Source: Mustelus asterias (Eukaryota). Taken from it: a stretch of 64,000 nucleotides of DNA. The position numbers and the translations under genes are program-made. The stretch covers positions 1 to 64,000 of the forward strand of contig NW_027590347.1 in assembly GCF_964213995.1 (NCBI RefSeq), read 5' to 3'. Shown here in pieces: positions 12,761-26,129 of this stretch (position 1 is its first letter; every line of letters starts with the position of its first letter). The notes beneath the pieces are model-generated. The model had not been told where the DNA came from. It saw only the letters and a program-made list of their open reading frames with translations, and searched no databases.

Positions 12761-15700
12761 AAAGACACAACGCTGGATGGTTCGTTTTGGTTTTCTCAGC
12801 ATTTCTTTTCAATATTTACATTTCTCAAACACCACATCTTTAACCTTATATATGCAGCTTCATAACCATATTACAGAGAGACAGAGAGAAAGAGACAGAG
12901 AGGGGGGGAGAGAGAGAAAGGGAGAGAGAGACAGAGAGGGGAGAGTGAGGGAGAGCAGGAAAGGGCAGCAAGAGGTGAGGTTTGTGGGGGGTGCAGTGAG
13001 GGGGTGGGGGAAGAGACACAGGATCTGGGGGTCTCTCGTGTGGAGGGAGAGAGAGGGAGACGTGTGGTTCCCTCATTTCCCACTCACTTTACCCCAATCC
13101 TCATTTAAAAATCACTTTGTATCTGGCCCTGCTCAGACTGTGTGTGTGGGATCTTGCTGTGCCCTCATGCTCTGTCCCCCCTCCTCCCCTCCTCATATTT
13201 CCCGCACCGTGACGGCGCCCCACATTTTAAACATGAAAAGATGGAGGGGAAGGAGGGTGGGGTAGAGAGAGGAACAGAGAAGGGGTGGGGAGTGTGGGGG
13301 GGCTCAGTGGAGGGGGGTAGGGGGACAGAGACAGAGGCTCTGGGGGTGGGGGGGTGTCCTCCTGCAGTGTGGGACTCCCTGTGGGATCCTGATTGCAGCA
13401 TTCCCAGTCTCTGAGAGAGAAAGAGAAAGACAGGGAGGGAGGGAGAAAGAGAGAGAGAGGGAAAGACAGAGAGAGAGAGAGAGAGAAAGAGGGGGAAAGA
13501 CAGTGAGAGAGAGAGAGACAGGCAGGGATAAAGAGAGAGAGAAACAGTGTGAGGGAGAGAGAGAGAAAGATGGAGGGAGTGGGAGAGAGAGAAAGATGGA
13601 CGGAGAGAGAGAGAGAAAGGCAGACAGGGAGTGAGAGAGAAAGATGGAGGGAGTGGGAGAGAGAGAGGGGGAAAACTGGAAAAGAAAGCAAGAGGTGAGG
13701 TTTGTGGGGGTGCAGTGGGTGAGGTGCAGTGAGGGGGTGGGGGAAGAGACACAGGATCACAGTGACCCGAGCCGGGAATTGAACCCGGGTCCCTGGAACT
13801 GTGAGGCAGCAGCGCCAACCACTGTGCCCCCGTGTGGCCCTACACGTTATGATTCAATTCTGAGGGTCCCGGGGCGAGGGGGGGGGGTGGATTTCACTGC
13901 CTCAGCCCCTCTCTGCCTCACTCTCCCTCTGTATAAACATTTCCCAAATTAAAACACACAACACAGCGAACTGCACCTTCTGGGATCTTCCAGAGCACCA
14001 CAGAGATTGTGTTTTAAAAAGGGTTTGGCTTCGTTTTAAGAGGGAGTTCAACCCTTTCTGAAAATTTGGGATGAGACACACACAAACACACAGACAGATA
14101 CACACACAGACACACACACACACAGGGTAGTGAGTGGGGAAGGGGGCTCACAGCAGGCGAGAGTGTTGGGGGTGTGTTGGGGAGGACTGTGTCCCATCTG
14201 ATTCAGGTTCACATTGTTGCTGCTGCTGTTGTGGGATCTTGCTGTGCACACACTGGGCCTGTGGCCTTTGCTCGCACTGCAACAGCGACCACACTTTATT
14301 AAACAAAATCTCGCTCACGGACCGCAAAGTGGGTTCAAAGGAAAGAAAGTGGAAACGGGGGTCGGGTAAATTAAAGCACTTAAATTAGCGAGGCATCGTA
14401 GGCTGTGCAGCAAGTGCTGGGGAATGGGGGGAGTATAGATTGGGATTTGACGGCCAGCATAGACCTGGTGGGCCGAAGGGCCTGTTTCTGTGCTGTGTGA
14501 CTCCAGATTCTCCTCTCTCTTTTCCCAGGAATTTCTATTTGGATGGAGGGTTCATAATTTCCCTGTCTCTGTCTCTCCAGCGTTCTTCCCAATCTCTGCA
14601 CCCCTCCCCTCTCTCTCTCCCCAGACATTCCTGTCTATATTTCACCTTTCAATCAAATGTGAAGGAAAACACCAATGTTAATTTTTTTGATTTAATTTCA
14701 GGGAGGGAAAGACAGAGAGAGAGAAAGAGAGAGACAGGGAGGGAGGGAAAGACAGACAGAGACAGAGAAAGACAGGGAGGGGGGGAAGGAGAGAAAGACA
14801 GAGAGAGAGAGAGAGAAAGGCAGCCGAATAAAACCAGCAGCAGCCGCTTTAATCCATCGGATTGGGGATGTGATTGTGGGTTTTCCTGCTGTATCTCTCT
14901 CTCCCATCTTTCTCCTTTGATTGTGAGTTATCAGGGAGGGAGAGAGAAAGGGAGGGTAACAGAGGGAGATCAAAGGCAGAGGGGCAGGGAGAGGAGACAC
15001 ACTGGAGGGGGGCTGGGTTAGGGGGGGGGGGTCCTCTGCTCTGCACTCACAGCCCAGCTCCCCAGTCTCTGGGGGAAAAGACCCTCACTCACACCCTCCC
15101 AGAAGGTGGGATTTGTAACCAGCGGCTGTGTGACTGAGGCTGAATCTGTGCTGTTGTGTTTGAAAAGATTTTTTCCCAATATAAAGATATTGGAATCTGG
15201 CTGCTGCCACATTGCAGTGAGAGAGAGATCTGGCTTTGCAGGAGGAGCTTCCCTCCCCATTTCCCCATGGAAATCACTGAGAAATAGCAAACGTGGCCCA
15301 CAACGCGTCATTATTTGAAACGGTCAGACAGAAACTTATCAGAGAGAGCATTTTAATCCCCATTCATCCCCAGACGGGGAAACAGAGCAGAGATCAGGAC
15401 AGATTATCCAGAGTAGGAGAGACCGGGGCAGAGATGGGGTTTGGATATATATAGATCTGGGGGGAAAGCAAAAGAGACACAGAGGGGGCTGGACAGGTTC
15501 AGAGATAGAGGCAGAGAAACAGGCAGAGAGAAAGAAACAGCGAGAGACAGAGGGAATGGGAGAGAGAGGTGTGACTGTGCTCGAAGTGGAAGGTTCCCTG
15601 TTCATATTGAATGTACAAACAGCCCCAATCCTGGAGTGACTTGTCATTATTTTTATTTGGGGTGGGGGAAGAGATGGAGGGGGGGAGCGAGGGAGAGAGA

Positions 15701-16965
15701 GGGAGAAGTGTGGTTCCCTCATTGCCCACTCACTTTAGCCCAATCCTCACTTAAAAATCACTTTGTATCTAGCCCTGCTCAGACTGTGTGTGGGATCTTG
15801 CTGTGCCCTCCTCCCCGCCCCATATTCCCTGCACTGTGACAGCGCCCCACACTTTAAACATGAAAAGATGGAGAGGAAGGAGGGTGGGGTAGAGAGAGAG
15901 GAACAGAGAATGGGTGGGGAGTGTGGGGGGGCTCAGTGGAGGGGGGGTAGGGGGATAGAGACAGAGGCTCTGGGGGTGGGGGGGGTGTCCTCCTGCAGTG
16001 TGGGACTCCCTGTGGGATCCTGATTGCAGCATTCCCAGTCTCTCTCTCTCTCTCACTGTGAAGCACTCGGGAGGGAGAGGGAGCTGAAATTCAAATTCCT
16101 GAGCCTGGGGGAAAGGCTTGTTCTCAATCCCAGAGTCCTGCTTGTGTTTTTAGACAGGGCGCTGGGATTTGTGGGTGTGGATGGAGAAGATTGTTCTGTT
16201 TAACTGGGGGGTGGGAGAGAGGGGGGTTTGTTCTTTCTACCGGAGGAATAATGCAGCCTCTGTGACTAGGCCTCACTTCACGGCCTAAATCTCAGCAGCA
16301 CTTTTGCATTCGCTTAATTCCCCAACAGGGTTTAAGTGGCTGAATTCAATGGTTCAATAAAATGTGAAGCAGCCGCTTCAGGGTGGGATTGTGGATTTTC
16401 CAGCTCCCGCCCCCTTCTCATTTCCCTTTTGATTGTGAGTTTTATTTTAAACGGTCAGACAGAAACTTAGAGAGAGCATTTCAATCCAGATTCGCCTCGA
16501 GATAGAGAAACAGAGCAGAGATCAGGACAGGTTATCCAGAGACAGGAGCAGAGACGGGGTATTGGACAGATAGAGATCTGGGGGGAAGTGTGTAAGAGAC
16601 GGAGAGGGAGAAACAGAGTGAGGGGAGAGAGGTGACTGATAGAAGTGGGAACTTCATTGGGGCCTCCTGTGTTTTTTCACTGGCCTGTCTCTGGAGTAAA
16701 GCCCCCAGAATGCTTTGATGTGTTTAATAAATTCAATATCGGGACAGTCAGGAGGCAGTTGGAAGTTCATTGCATTTGAAACGTGTTCCCATTTTGTCAG
16801 GGTTTAATAATGAGGAGGTGAAAATGAATGTTTCCCCCACCTCCCCCAGTGAGATTGTGAATTTCAGCAAGTCCTGGGATCTTGCTGTGCCTTTTATTGT
16901 TTATAATCAGCTTTTGTTTTGTGTTTAATCAAATTTCACTTTATTTTCTCTTTCTCTCTTCCAAG

Positions 16966-17134
16966 GAGAATTCCTTTGGAAACTTTGGCGATGCAGAGAG
17001 CGAATAGTTTTGCCGTGAGGAATCCTCGGACAAGAGCTATAACCAGAGAGAAAAATATTAATAAAAGTCCCCGTGTCTTGGTCGTTCATTTTTATTCACA
17101 GATAGACTGGTGGGGCTTTTACACGGAGGGTTAG
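16966..17134 (+). other. Putative terminal exon related to the 102-nt module
   Basis: Strong acceptor (ttttctctttctctcttccaag), phase 2, contains RNPRTR (vs RNPWTR in the module), ends in TAG. Confidence 0.3.
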
Positions 17135-17964
17135 TGGTCTGTGTGTCAGGGGGAGGGGGTATTCCCAGTGATCCCTGCTCCAATGTAATCCCAGATTTCA
17201 ATCCCTCTCCCTGAAGCTCTGTCTGTGCAACTCCCCCATCCTCAGAACTGTTTCTCCACATCTTTCCAATCCCTGTCTCTATGGACTGAATATGATAAAT
17301 GCGGGAAACCAAATGTCCCCGTCTGGCGGGATTGTTCAGATTGGTGAATGAGTGCAATACTGTAACTAACAGACATACAGCTCAGTTCATGTACAAGGAA
17401 AACGCTGTGTCTGTTTAACCTATAGCAAAACAAAAACTAGAGGAAATGAGAAAGAAAATAAGAAGTAATTATTATTTTAACGAATCAAATGAGAGAAAGA
17501 ACTCAGGGGTCAGATGCAAGAAGGAGAAGAAGCTGTCAATGGCATTAAACATATAAATAATCAAATATTTATTAACAACACAGATTTCAGAAAGCAAGGC
17601 TACAAGTCGAACGCAGTTCGGAACACTTAGATCAGTTTAGTGATTCTTCGTTCGTTTCGTGATAACCTCAGAGACAGTGTGTGAGAGAGATTGGGAAAGA
17701 TAGAGTTGGGATGAGAGTGCACAGTGCTGAGCGGGAGACTCTTCCTTCTTTCAGTGTTAACCTCACAGACAGTGTGTGAGACACTGGGAAAGGTGGAGTT
17801 GGGATAAGAAAGCACAGTGTTGAGGGGAGCGGCACTTGAGCAACTGGGGGCATCTTCATCCCCACTCCGGACAGAGCAGAACCTCTGTTCAGAAGTGGTT
17901 GTCAGACTTCTACCCAATCAAGGCAGGTTTGGAAAAGGTTAAAAAGAAACAGAGTTAATCTGGC

Positions 17965-18370
17965 TGGAGATTAGAGAGAGTGCAGAGAAGGTTTATCAGG
18001 GTGTTGCCTGGTATGGAGGGTCTTAGCTCTGAGGAGAGATTGGGTAAACTGGGCTTGTTCTCCCTGGAAAGACGGAGAATGAGGGGAGACCTAATAGAGG
18101 TGTACAAAATTATGAAGGGTATAGATAGGGTGAACAGTGGGAAGCTTTTTCCCAGGTCGGAGGTGATGATCACGAGGGTTCACGGGCTCAAGGTGAGAGG
18201 GGCGAGGTATAACTCAGATATCAGAGGGATGTTCTTTACACAGAGAGTGGTGGGGGCCTGGAATGCGCTGCCAAGTAGACATGCTGGCATCGTTTAAGAC
18301 TTATCTGGTTAGTCACATGAGCAGTCTGGGAATGGAGGGATACAAACGAATGGTCTAGTTGGACCAATGA
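17965..18370 (+). mobile_element. CR1-clade LINE 3' fragment (copy at about 42993-43398)
   Basis: QRRFIRVLPGMEGLSSEERLGKLGLFSLERRRMRGDLIEVYKIMKG...FFTQRVVGAWNALP. Confidence 0.9.
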
Positions 18371-18744
18371 GCGACTGGCTCTGCTCAGTCAGACAGTTCA
18401 CCCTTCAATCTCCTCTGATTAAGGTTCCCAGAGAGTTTCTAAAGATTCACAACTCTGGCAACCATAATAATATATCTCCTGAAGCAATATAAGTTTGCTA
18501 TCGATGCTAATATAACATTTCTGTTTGGGCTTTTGCTCTTTTAGTTGCATTCTCTCAATATTGTTATTGGCCGTGGTTGTGAGTCTGGAATTCGCCCCGA
18601 TACCGAACCCAACACGGTATCTCACTGCCCTCTGATGGGGGTGACATGGAACTGCAAAGTGCAACTTTCGACCACCTGTGAGTCTTCGGGACTCAAGTTT
18701 GTGTTCAACAATTTCCGGTCGTGAATTCTACCACGATCGTCTTT

Positions 18745-18940
18745 ATGTCCTTTGTTCAAATTTTAGTCTGCACCTGGGGTGGAGAATCTTTTTTGCTATG
18801 AGTTCACCTCCGCCAGACAAAGAGAACCTTTTTCCATATCTGGGTCATGGAGATTCTGTCACTCAGCCGATGTCCTCAGCAGTCCAGACAGAAGGAGAAG
18901 CGGTGACTTACAATGTATCTGGAACACGACGTTTTACTCC
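18745..18940 (+). pseudogene. TCR V relic (decayed leader plus FR1 only); copy at about 43774-43969
   Basis: ATG-SFVQILVCTW leader-like, donor ATGAGT, acceptor CCAT, then GHGDSVTQPMSSAVQTEGEAVT/(frameshift)LQC; similar to the start of the V at 60375. Confidence 0.7.
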
Positions 18941-19380
18941 CTGAAGAGGGGAACATTCTGAACAAATCAATTAAGTCGCTTTTGTATCTTCTTGCTTATA
19001 GAATAAAGAAACTAAATTAGCCTGTTAATCCCTGGCGCTATTCTGATTTATAACCTCCGCATTTACTCCAAAGACTTGGCGTTCTCTCGACTTCGTCGTC
19101 CCCAGGATTTGAACAGAGAACTCCAGCAATGATTTCCGCAGATTCCGCACCCTTTTCCCAAATGCATATCAACAGTAACGAAGTCAGTATCTAAAGAGCT
19201 CCAATGTAGATATCTGAGCAGCATTTGTATCTTGGTGGATGTCAACCCTGAATCAACTCAACAGGAAAATCCCAGCGTGCAATGAAATATACATTGGCCA
19301 ATTGACGGCCCCAAATTGAATCCCGAGCGCCACAAACACACGTGATGTTATAACTGAAAGCTGTATGGATGGAAGGCTTG

Positions 19381-19388
19381 TGATGTCA
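19381..19388 (+). promoter_or_regulatory. CRE/ATF-like TCR V promoter element
   Basis: TGATGTCA 129 bp upstream of the leader ATG; TGAGGTCA at the homologous site upstream of 55962 and 58707. Confidence 0.55.
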
Positions 19389-19509
19389 CAATAGACCCCC
19401 CACACACACACACACTCACTGCAATCAGCTGAACAGAGCCCAGGTTCCTCTCTCCTTCTCAGTCTCTGACTCATTCCATTCCCAGTCACTGAGGGGGATT
19501 CACTCAGAC

Positions 19510-20000
19510 ATGTTTCTGCTCATACTGGCGGCGCTCTTGCACAGTAAGTACTGGAAAACGTTCATCAAACCAGATAAACATATTGATGGCAACTTAATTA
19601 ACCATCTGAAATATCCCTGTAATGCATAGAATGGAGGTTCCACAAACTATCGCAGATACAAACACGTTTACATTAACTCTTGATATTTCATTCCTCTACC
19701 TTCGCAGGCGGACTGTGCGCAGATCCAGTAACTCAGTCACCGGTGACAATAACCGCATCAGAAGGGGGTTCGGTGCAGTTGGATTGTAACTATACAGACA
19801 GGAATATGGTCTACATGCAATGGTATCAGCAGAAACCAGCACAGCCACCGACATGGATTATTTCCAAAATATTAACAACGAAGGAAGATGAAGTTGCTGG
19901 ACGATATCTGGCGGCTGCCGACAGGTCTAAGCAGAATGGTTACCTCAATATCAGCGCCCTCAATGTGGAGGACAGGGCGGTCTATTACTGTGCAGTGAGG
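19510..20000 (+). CDS. TRAV: TCR alpha/delta-type V segment, family A (leader 19510-19543, V exon 19708-20000)
   Basis: MFLLILAALLH|gtaagt..cag|SGLCADPVTQSP...VQLDCNY...MQWYQQKP...DRAVYYCAVR; canonical Cys-Trp-Cys; RSS follows. Confidence 0.92.
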
Positions 20001-20040
20001 CACAGCGTTAGATTAAAGCTAAAACCCCCGTACAAAAACC
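20001..20040 (+). other. RSS CACAGCG-24-ACAAAAACC
   Basis: Directly abuts the V coding end; spacer one C longer than in paralogues. Confidence 0.9.
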
Positions 20041-20554
20041 TCAGCGAGTATTTGCAGCTCCACTGGGTTTGCTTCTGCGCGAATGCTTTGTTCCCGGGTT
20101 CACGAAGGCAGTCAGGTTTATTTACCGGGTATTTTGTCCTGATTGAGATCGGCAGAGAAGCGGTTTGGGAAATCGAGACGTTAATCCCCATGCCGCAATT
20201 TATGTAGTAAACAAAAAACGTCAGCTGAGGATGGACTCAGAAGTGGAGTTAGTTTGGCAGAAAATTACAGGCTGTTCTTTCAGCATCGTTAACTCTAATG
20301 AGCCCACGGACACCGACTCCTCGGCACTCGCTCCTGTAACGAAATGCAAAGCGGATCAAAATCTGTTGTCGTATTTAACAAATGAGATGTAGAATAACTG
20401 CCACAGAGACTTACCCAGCAACAGGACTATTGTAAATCCGGGACACAGAGACTTACCCAGCAACAGGACTGTTATTGTAAATCCGGGACACAGGCTCATC
20501 CAGCAACACGAAGATATCGAAACTCACAGCTGACACTGGTGTATTGTGTGGCAG

Positions 20555-21330
20555 TGAGCTGCCTTCTTGAAGCGTTGCGGTCCCGAGATGCAGGTACACC
20601 GATGGTGCTGTTAGTGTGGGAGTCTGGGGTGTTGACCCATTGACCGTGAAGGAACAGCGGTATATTGCAAAGTAAGGATATGGAATAAATTGGAAGGGAA
20701 CCTCTCGGTTGTGGTGTTCCCATGTGAATGCTGCCCTTGTCCTCCTACATGGCAGTGGCCGTGTGTTCGGATTGTGCTGCCTAAAAATCCTTGTTGAGTT
20801 GCTGCTGTATATCCGGAGGTGTTGCACTCAGCTGCCACTGTTCGTCGGTGGTGACAGGAATGGGTGTTTATTGAATGGGTCGCAATCACGCGGACTGCCC
20901 TGTCCTGTATCTTGTCGAGCTTAATGAGTGTTGTTGGAGCGACACTGATCCAGCAAGTAGGGAGCATTCCATTTACACCCCTGACTTGTATCTTGTAGAT
21001 GGTGGACAGGCTTTGGGGAGTCACGAGGCGAGTTACTCGCCACAGGATTCCTAACCTTTGATCTGCTCCGGTAGCCACGGTATTCATATTCCTCGGTCCA
21101 GTTCAGCTTTCGGTCAACTCCCAGGATGTTGTTGGGGGTGGGGGAGAGGAAGGGGGGGAGCAGGGGGGAGGATTCAGCGATGGTAATGCCTTTGAATATC
21201 AAGGAAAGTTCGACAGATCCTCTTCTTTTGGAGACGGTCATTGCCTGGAACCTGTGTGACCTGAACGTTGCTTCCACTTATCAGTCCAAACCTGAATATT
21301 GTCCAGGTCTTTCTGTATTTGTGCATAAAC
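20555..21330 (-). mobile_element. Non-LTR retrotransposon (CR1/L2 group) 3' ORF2 fragment; copies about 45580-46360 and 61240-61840
   Basis: Decayed RT C-terminal peptide (LSTIYKIQVRG..WISVAPTTLIKLDKIQDRAVRVI..HHRRTVAA). Confidence 0.75.
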
Positions 21331-21607
21331 CAAATGTCTGATTCGAGACAGCGGACTATCATGCTTAAATTAAAGAATGCGGGTGATTTCCTCACCATAA
21401 AGCCCACACTCACTGAGCGACTGTTTCTTCAATCGGATTAGTTACATCCTGACTCTCAATATGTCTGAGAAAAGCGAAGTCGCTGTCAGGAATTGCAAAT
21501 CCCCGGGCAACCCCGCTCACCTGCTCCATTTCCTGCTCTAGATCTGGCAGCTATTGCCTGCAGTCTGCTATTTGTAGGATTGCTGCAGCAACTGAAAACA
21601 GGCGTGA

Positions 21608-21646
21608 GGTTTTTGTACAGTGACGAGCGTCTTTCCTCTCAGTGTG
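21608..21646 (-). other. RSS CACACTG-23-ACAAAAACC
   Basis: Abuts the V coding end on the minus strand. Confidence 0.92.
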
Positions 21647-22056
21647 GGCTGTATCGCACAGTAATACAGAGCGGCATCCGCGCTCTCCGTGTTTCCAATA
21701 ACCAACTGGCCCCGTTTGCCCGCAGTGGAAAGTTCCAATTCGAACCGGTCTTTTCTCTCTTTGCCATTCGATGATCTGCTTATTATCCACTCCAGTCTCT
21801 GACCGGGTTTTTGTCTGTACCAATACATTCCATCAATGCTGGACATCTCATAACTGCAGTTTATCAGCGCCGAATCCCCGCTCTGGACTGTTCTCGCTGT
21901 GGGAGTTTGTGAAACTTGGTCCGAGCGACACCGATCTATAAAAAAACATTCATACAGTGAGACACTGGAGCAAAATTATTATAAATAAATAGCTCCAGAA
22001 ATAAATATCCTGCGCTTACAAGTTAACACCACCAGAATGATAAGGAACAGTTTCAT
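21647..22056 (-). CDS. TRAV: TCR alpha/delta-type V segment, family B (leader 22056-22020, V exon 21935-21647)
   Basis: MKLFLIILVVLT|gtaag..tag|YRCRSDQVSQTP...ALINCSY...WYRQKPG...DAALYYCAIQ. Confidence 0.92.
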
Positions 22057-22602
22057 TTGCACCGTGTGATATAATAACAATGTCAGTAAGAATACGGAGC
22101 ACAGCTCACAGCAGAAGAGCATGGATTGAATCAACGTCTTCAAAATATGCACCAGATAAAGTTTCAGACACTTGGGTTTTCTGCAATCTGATTGGCTGGA
22201 ATCAGACTCCGTGCTTCCGGTATCAGGATGTGGTTGTTGATCCGAAGCTGCTTCTCTTCCGGGTCACGTGTGAACAAATCAATTGTCCAAAAAACAGGAC
22301 ACTGCTTTACTGCAGTAACTGTCATTTATAAAAGTGGTTAAAGTTTAACTTCACCAATAAAGGCATGATTTTAAAATGAGGTTTGCCCTCATTTTAAAGT
22401 TATGTATGATAAATGCGTGATCAATAATATGTTGGAAATATTGTTTCTCGATTTACTTTTGCAAATATAATTGATTCCCCTTGTGTTTCAAGGGGACTTA
22501 AAGACCAGCCAAGCTGGTCTTCATATGATTTGGGTTCAATTACAAATCCACAATCCAGCTCACAGATCTGATTCAGTGAGAGGAGGTGAGAGTGCCTTTG
22601 CC

Positions 22603-22641
22603 GGTTTTTGTACGGGCTGACTGTGTCTCTGTAGCAGTGTG
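22603..22641 (-). other. RSS CACACTG-23-ACAAAAACC
   Basis: Abuts the V coding end. Confidence 0.92.
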
Positions 22642-23077
22642 GGGCTCAGCGCACAGTGATACACGGCAGAGTCAGAGACATGGACCCCGGTGATTGTTAA
22701 AGGAACTGTTCTCTTGTCTTTGTCCAATTCAGCCGAAAACCGGTCAGGGAAATCTGGAGACTTTTCCCCCTGTCCCTTGCCGTATTTCTTCAGTAAATAT
22801 CTCGGAGCGTCCCCGGGATGTTGAATGTACCAGAAGAGAGTCTCGCCAGTGTATTTTGCTGTGTAGTTGCAGTTCAATATTACCGTCTGCCCTTCCTGGA
22901 CCGTGAATTCGGGCAGGTCCTGGGAAACTGAATCTTGGCCACTGGTTCCTGTAACAACATATAGAATGTGTGAGAAATCTGAGTGAATATCACCCATGAA
23001 ACACACACTGAGGATTTGAGCTCAGACTCACCGGGCAGCATGACCATTATTATCAGTAAAGCACACAGGGAACACAT
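22642..23077 (-). CDS. TRAV: TCR alpha/delta-type V segment, family C (leader 23077-23032, V exon 22948-22642)
   Basis: MCSLCALLIIMVMLP|gtgagt..cag|GTSGQDSVSQ...VILNCNY...LFWYIQHPG...DSAVYHCALS. Confidence 0.92.
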
Positions 23078-25298
23078 GGTTCCTGATTGGACAGTAAACA
23101 GCCACACTGTTTAAACGATGTTGCTGCTTCTAGTTTATATCACAGAGTCAACTCAGATCAGAGGCAACTGCAATTATTGGGAAACTGGGGGGCGTTTCTC
23201 AGTGCTGCGATTGGTTAGTCTGCCTGAGATGATGTTAGCTTTGGATCAATCACTGTTAGTTGACGACGAAGTGCGGCTGGCTTTCTCCAATCAAATTGTA
23301 GCCCAGGCTGAGTGCGTCTTTCTCACCCTCTTGCTCTCTGTCACATTCTCAGTCATTCTGTCTCTTTCTCGGTTTAACTCTTTCCTTCCAACCGGAGATC
23401 AGCTCTTTATATGACACCAGAGCCTGTCTTCATATTGCAATAGACCACGTTTCCGTTGCCATCAGGATAGTATTAATTACGATATCTATCGGTGCGTCTG
23501 TCAGAATTCAATCATTTTAGTCAGAGTAAATTAACGATAATAGTGAAAGAGTATATTTAATCTTATTAACGTTTCTAAGTACAAACCCAGAGGCCTCAGA
23601 TGTCTGTGGTTTTATTTGATCGGATTAACTCGCTCATGTTAAATGTTATTTATTTTTATACCAGTTTGTGACGACTTCTCAAGAACCTTAATCTTATTAC
23701 CACGCGCTTGACCTGTTGACGCGGAACTTTTCCTTCTGACGGGTAGATTTCCTCGGGTTGCGATTGTAAATAGAACTGTACACGGATTGAACATTACTGA
23801 GGATTTGGATGGAGATCGCGTGAGGGAAGCAAATGCTGCAACACAGGAATTTTCAGGCTAAGAAATAAAGATAAAGGGATGGAAAGACAATGGGTGAATC
23901 AGAGGCCGAGACAGTGATAGAAGTAAATATGGAGTTTCACCGATATAAACACGATGAAAGGGACTGAGAAAAATGTGGGAGAGGCAGGGAGTTAAAGAGT
24001 GGAGCAGACAGTGAGATAAATGGGGGAGAGACGGTGGCAGGAAGGGAAATAGATGGAGACATGGTGAAGGAACCATGGAGGGAACAGTTACAGTTACATT
24101 GAGACAATACAGACAGAGACACAAACACAGTCAAACGAACAAAGAAGAAGAGAAACAGTGAGAAAGCAGTGAGAGAAAGAAAGGGGTACAATGAGAAAAA
24201 CGATGGCCCAAATGCAATCAGAAATTCCAGGAAGGGAAAGAAAAATAACTTGATATAACTTAGAACGTGATACTGACAGGGTGATTTCCGAGAGCCTCTT
24301 GAGGCCCTGAAAATCCAGACCAGTAATGGCCATTTCCTGAAAAATCATCGAATTCTCAAATTACGGAAGGACATTACTGATAATTATGTCGGATTATTCT
24401 TGTTAGTACATTTATGATTACAATGTCATTTAATGCAGTTGAATGTATATATGAGAGATAATCCCAACTTTATTTTAAATCCTGGCGATGCCTTTTGTTT
24501 CGTTTAAAGATGTGTGAGTCATGTTCTTTGGTCATGCTAAATTACCCCTTTGTGTCAGGGGAATTAACAGGGTGAATACGTGGGGTTACGGGGATAGGGC
24601 CTGAGTAGGATTGTTGTGAGTGCAGGCTCAATCGGCCGACTGGTCTCGTTCTGCACTGTAGGGATTCTATGTTTATATTCCCCAATTAATTAATATCCCA
24701 ACCATACTGGTTAAAGGCGATCGTTTTGAACAAACATCAATGTCCCAATAAGATGTCTGCTTTGAAATATCAACACAAGATGTAGATGTGACCGTGGATT
24801 CACATTTGTTCCCGATATTTAGTGATTTCCATTAAGTTCTTTCCATCATAGTGTCCCCCTTGCGTTCCGGTTATTATACTTTATCTATTATTGCTGCTCC
24901 AATATAATAAGTAATTTGCTGGACCCGTTGAAATGCGAGACTGTGAGAAATCGGATTGTCTGAACCCTGAACTTTAGGGAAAACCGGAGAAAGAGGAGGA
25001 GGTAGAACAAGTGTAGAGAGAGAGAGGGTCAGAAACAGAGCAAGTGGTGATAGACACACCGAGGCGGAATGACAGAGCGAGACAGACAGGTCTCAAACGA
25101 AGAGACATCCGGAGAACCCGAGTAGGACAGGGAACAAGAGAAACTCAGAACTCAGGAGTCCAGAACTAACACTGATTGGTGCCCAACTGTCATCAGTTCT
25201 AACAGATCAGCCAATCTTGTGGCTGGAAAACGCCCCTCAGTTTCTGAGTGAGTGAAGTTTCCGCTGATATGAATTTCTAACTTAATATCAGAACAGCA

Positions 25299-25924
25299 AT
25301 GTCACACATTTTAATTATTGCCTCATTTCTGTCGAACCCTAAACCAGACACCACGTTGGTTCCTGGTAATAACAGCCTTGTTGTCCCGTGAGTCAACAAA
25401 TTCTGAGAAAAGGATCATCCCGATTCGAAACATTATCTCTGTTCTCCCGCTCACAGGTGTTGTCAGACCGGCCGAAATATTCCAGCATCTTCTCTTTTTG
25501 AGTCAATGTTTAAATGATCAGTGTCTGTTCCATCGGCTCTCTTCGCTCCCAGACATTGAATAACTTCTGTATTTTGTTACAGGGGCAAATGCTGAAGATT
25601 CAATGTTTCAAGATCGATCTGAAATATCGGTTCTGGAAGAACAGAACATAACATTGGACTATAAATACTCGCCAGCTGTTCTTCGAAGATGTTCTGGTAC
25701 ATCCAGTATCCCCGGCAAGCTCCGAGATATTTGATGGAGATATATAGCTCGGGCAATACCGATAAGTCTCCATATTTCCCAGATAGATTCTCGGCTAATT
25801 TACACAAAGGAAACAACACTGCTTTAAATATCGCTTGAACTCTTCTTCCTGACAGCGCCGTGTATTTCTGTGCCACGGAGCACACACAGGTGCAGAGATA
25901 TGGCGAACCCCCCGCATAAAAACC
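25299..25924 (+). pseudogene. TCR V pseudogene related to family C
   Basis: V exon from 25583 (GANAEDSMFQ...): first Cys>Tyr, frameshift before MFWYIQYP, TGA in FR3, DSAVYFCATE, degenerate RSS. Upstream 25170-25300 is homologous to the family C promoter. Confidence 0.88.
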
Positions 25925-26129
25925 CCTGACTGGGAGTTCCAGATAATGATCAGCAGAGGGCGCACTCACACTGATAAACAGACTCAACAATTCAGTCTTC
26001 ACAGAGAGAGTCACCGGATCATGCATAAAATTTCAAATCAAAACACAACACTCAACAAGAACAGCAGACCCGCAGTTGGTTTTTAACGTGCAACCATACT
26101 AAAGATACATTTATGGTTCGTTAACTCAC

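Larger units (their letters stand above)
17280..23894. repeat. 6.6-kb segmental duplication, copy 1 (three V segments plus a V relic)
   Basis: Colinear and nearly identical to 42287-48924 (offset ~25.03 kb). Confidence 0.95.

Noticed and set aside
4883-16066. Many ER/LS/CV-rich ORFs
   Set aside because: Translations of GA/CT/GT microsatellites and minisatellites; no domain signal
19680-20207. ORF-track starts and ends for V segments (MIFHSSTF..., MCFMGD..., read-through past the RSS)
   Set aside because: N-termini are intronic and C-termini run through the RSS; true structure is leader exon + V exon
20402-20492. Short ~45-bp direct duplication (also at 45427-45517)
   Set aside because: Simple slippage duplication with no further structure
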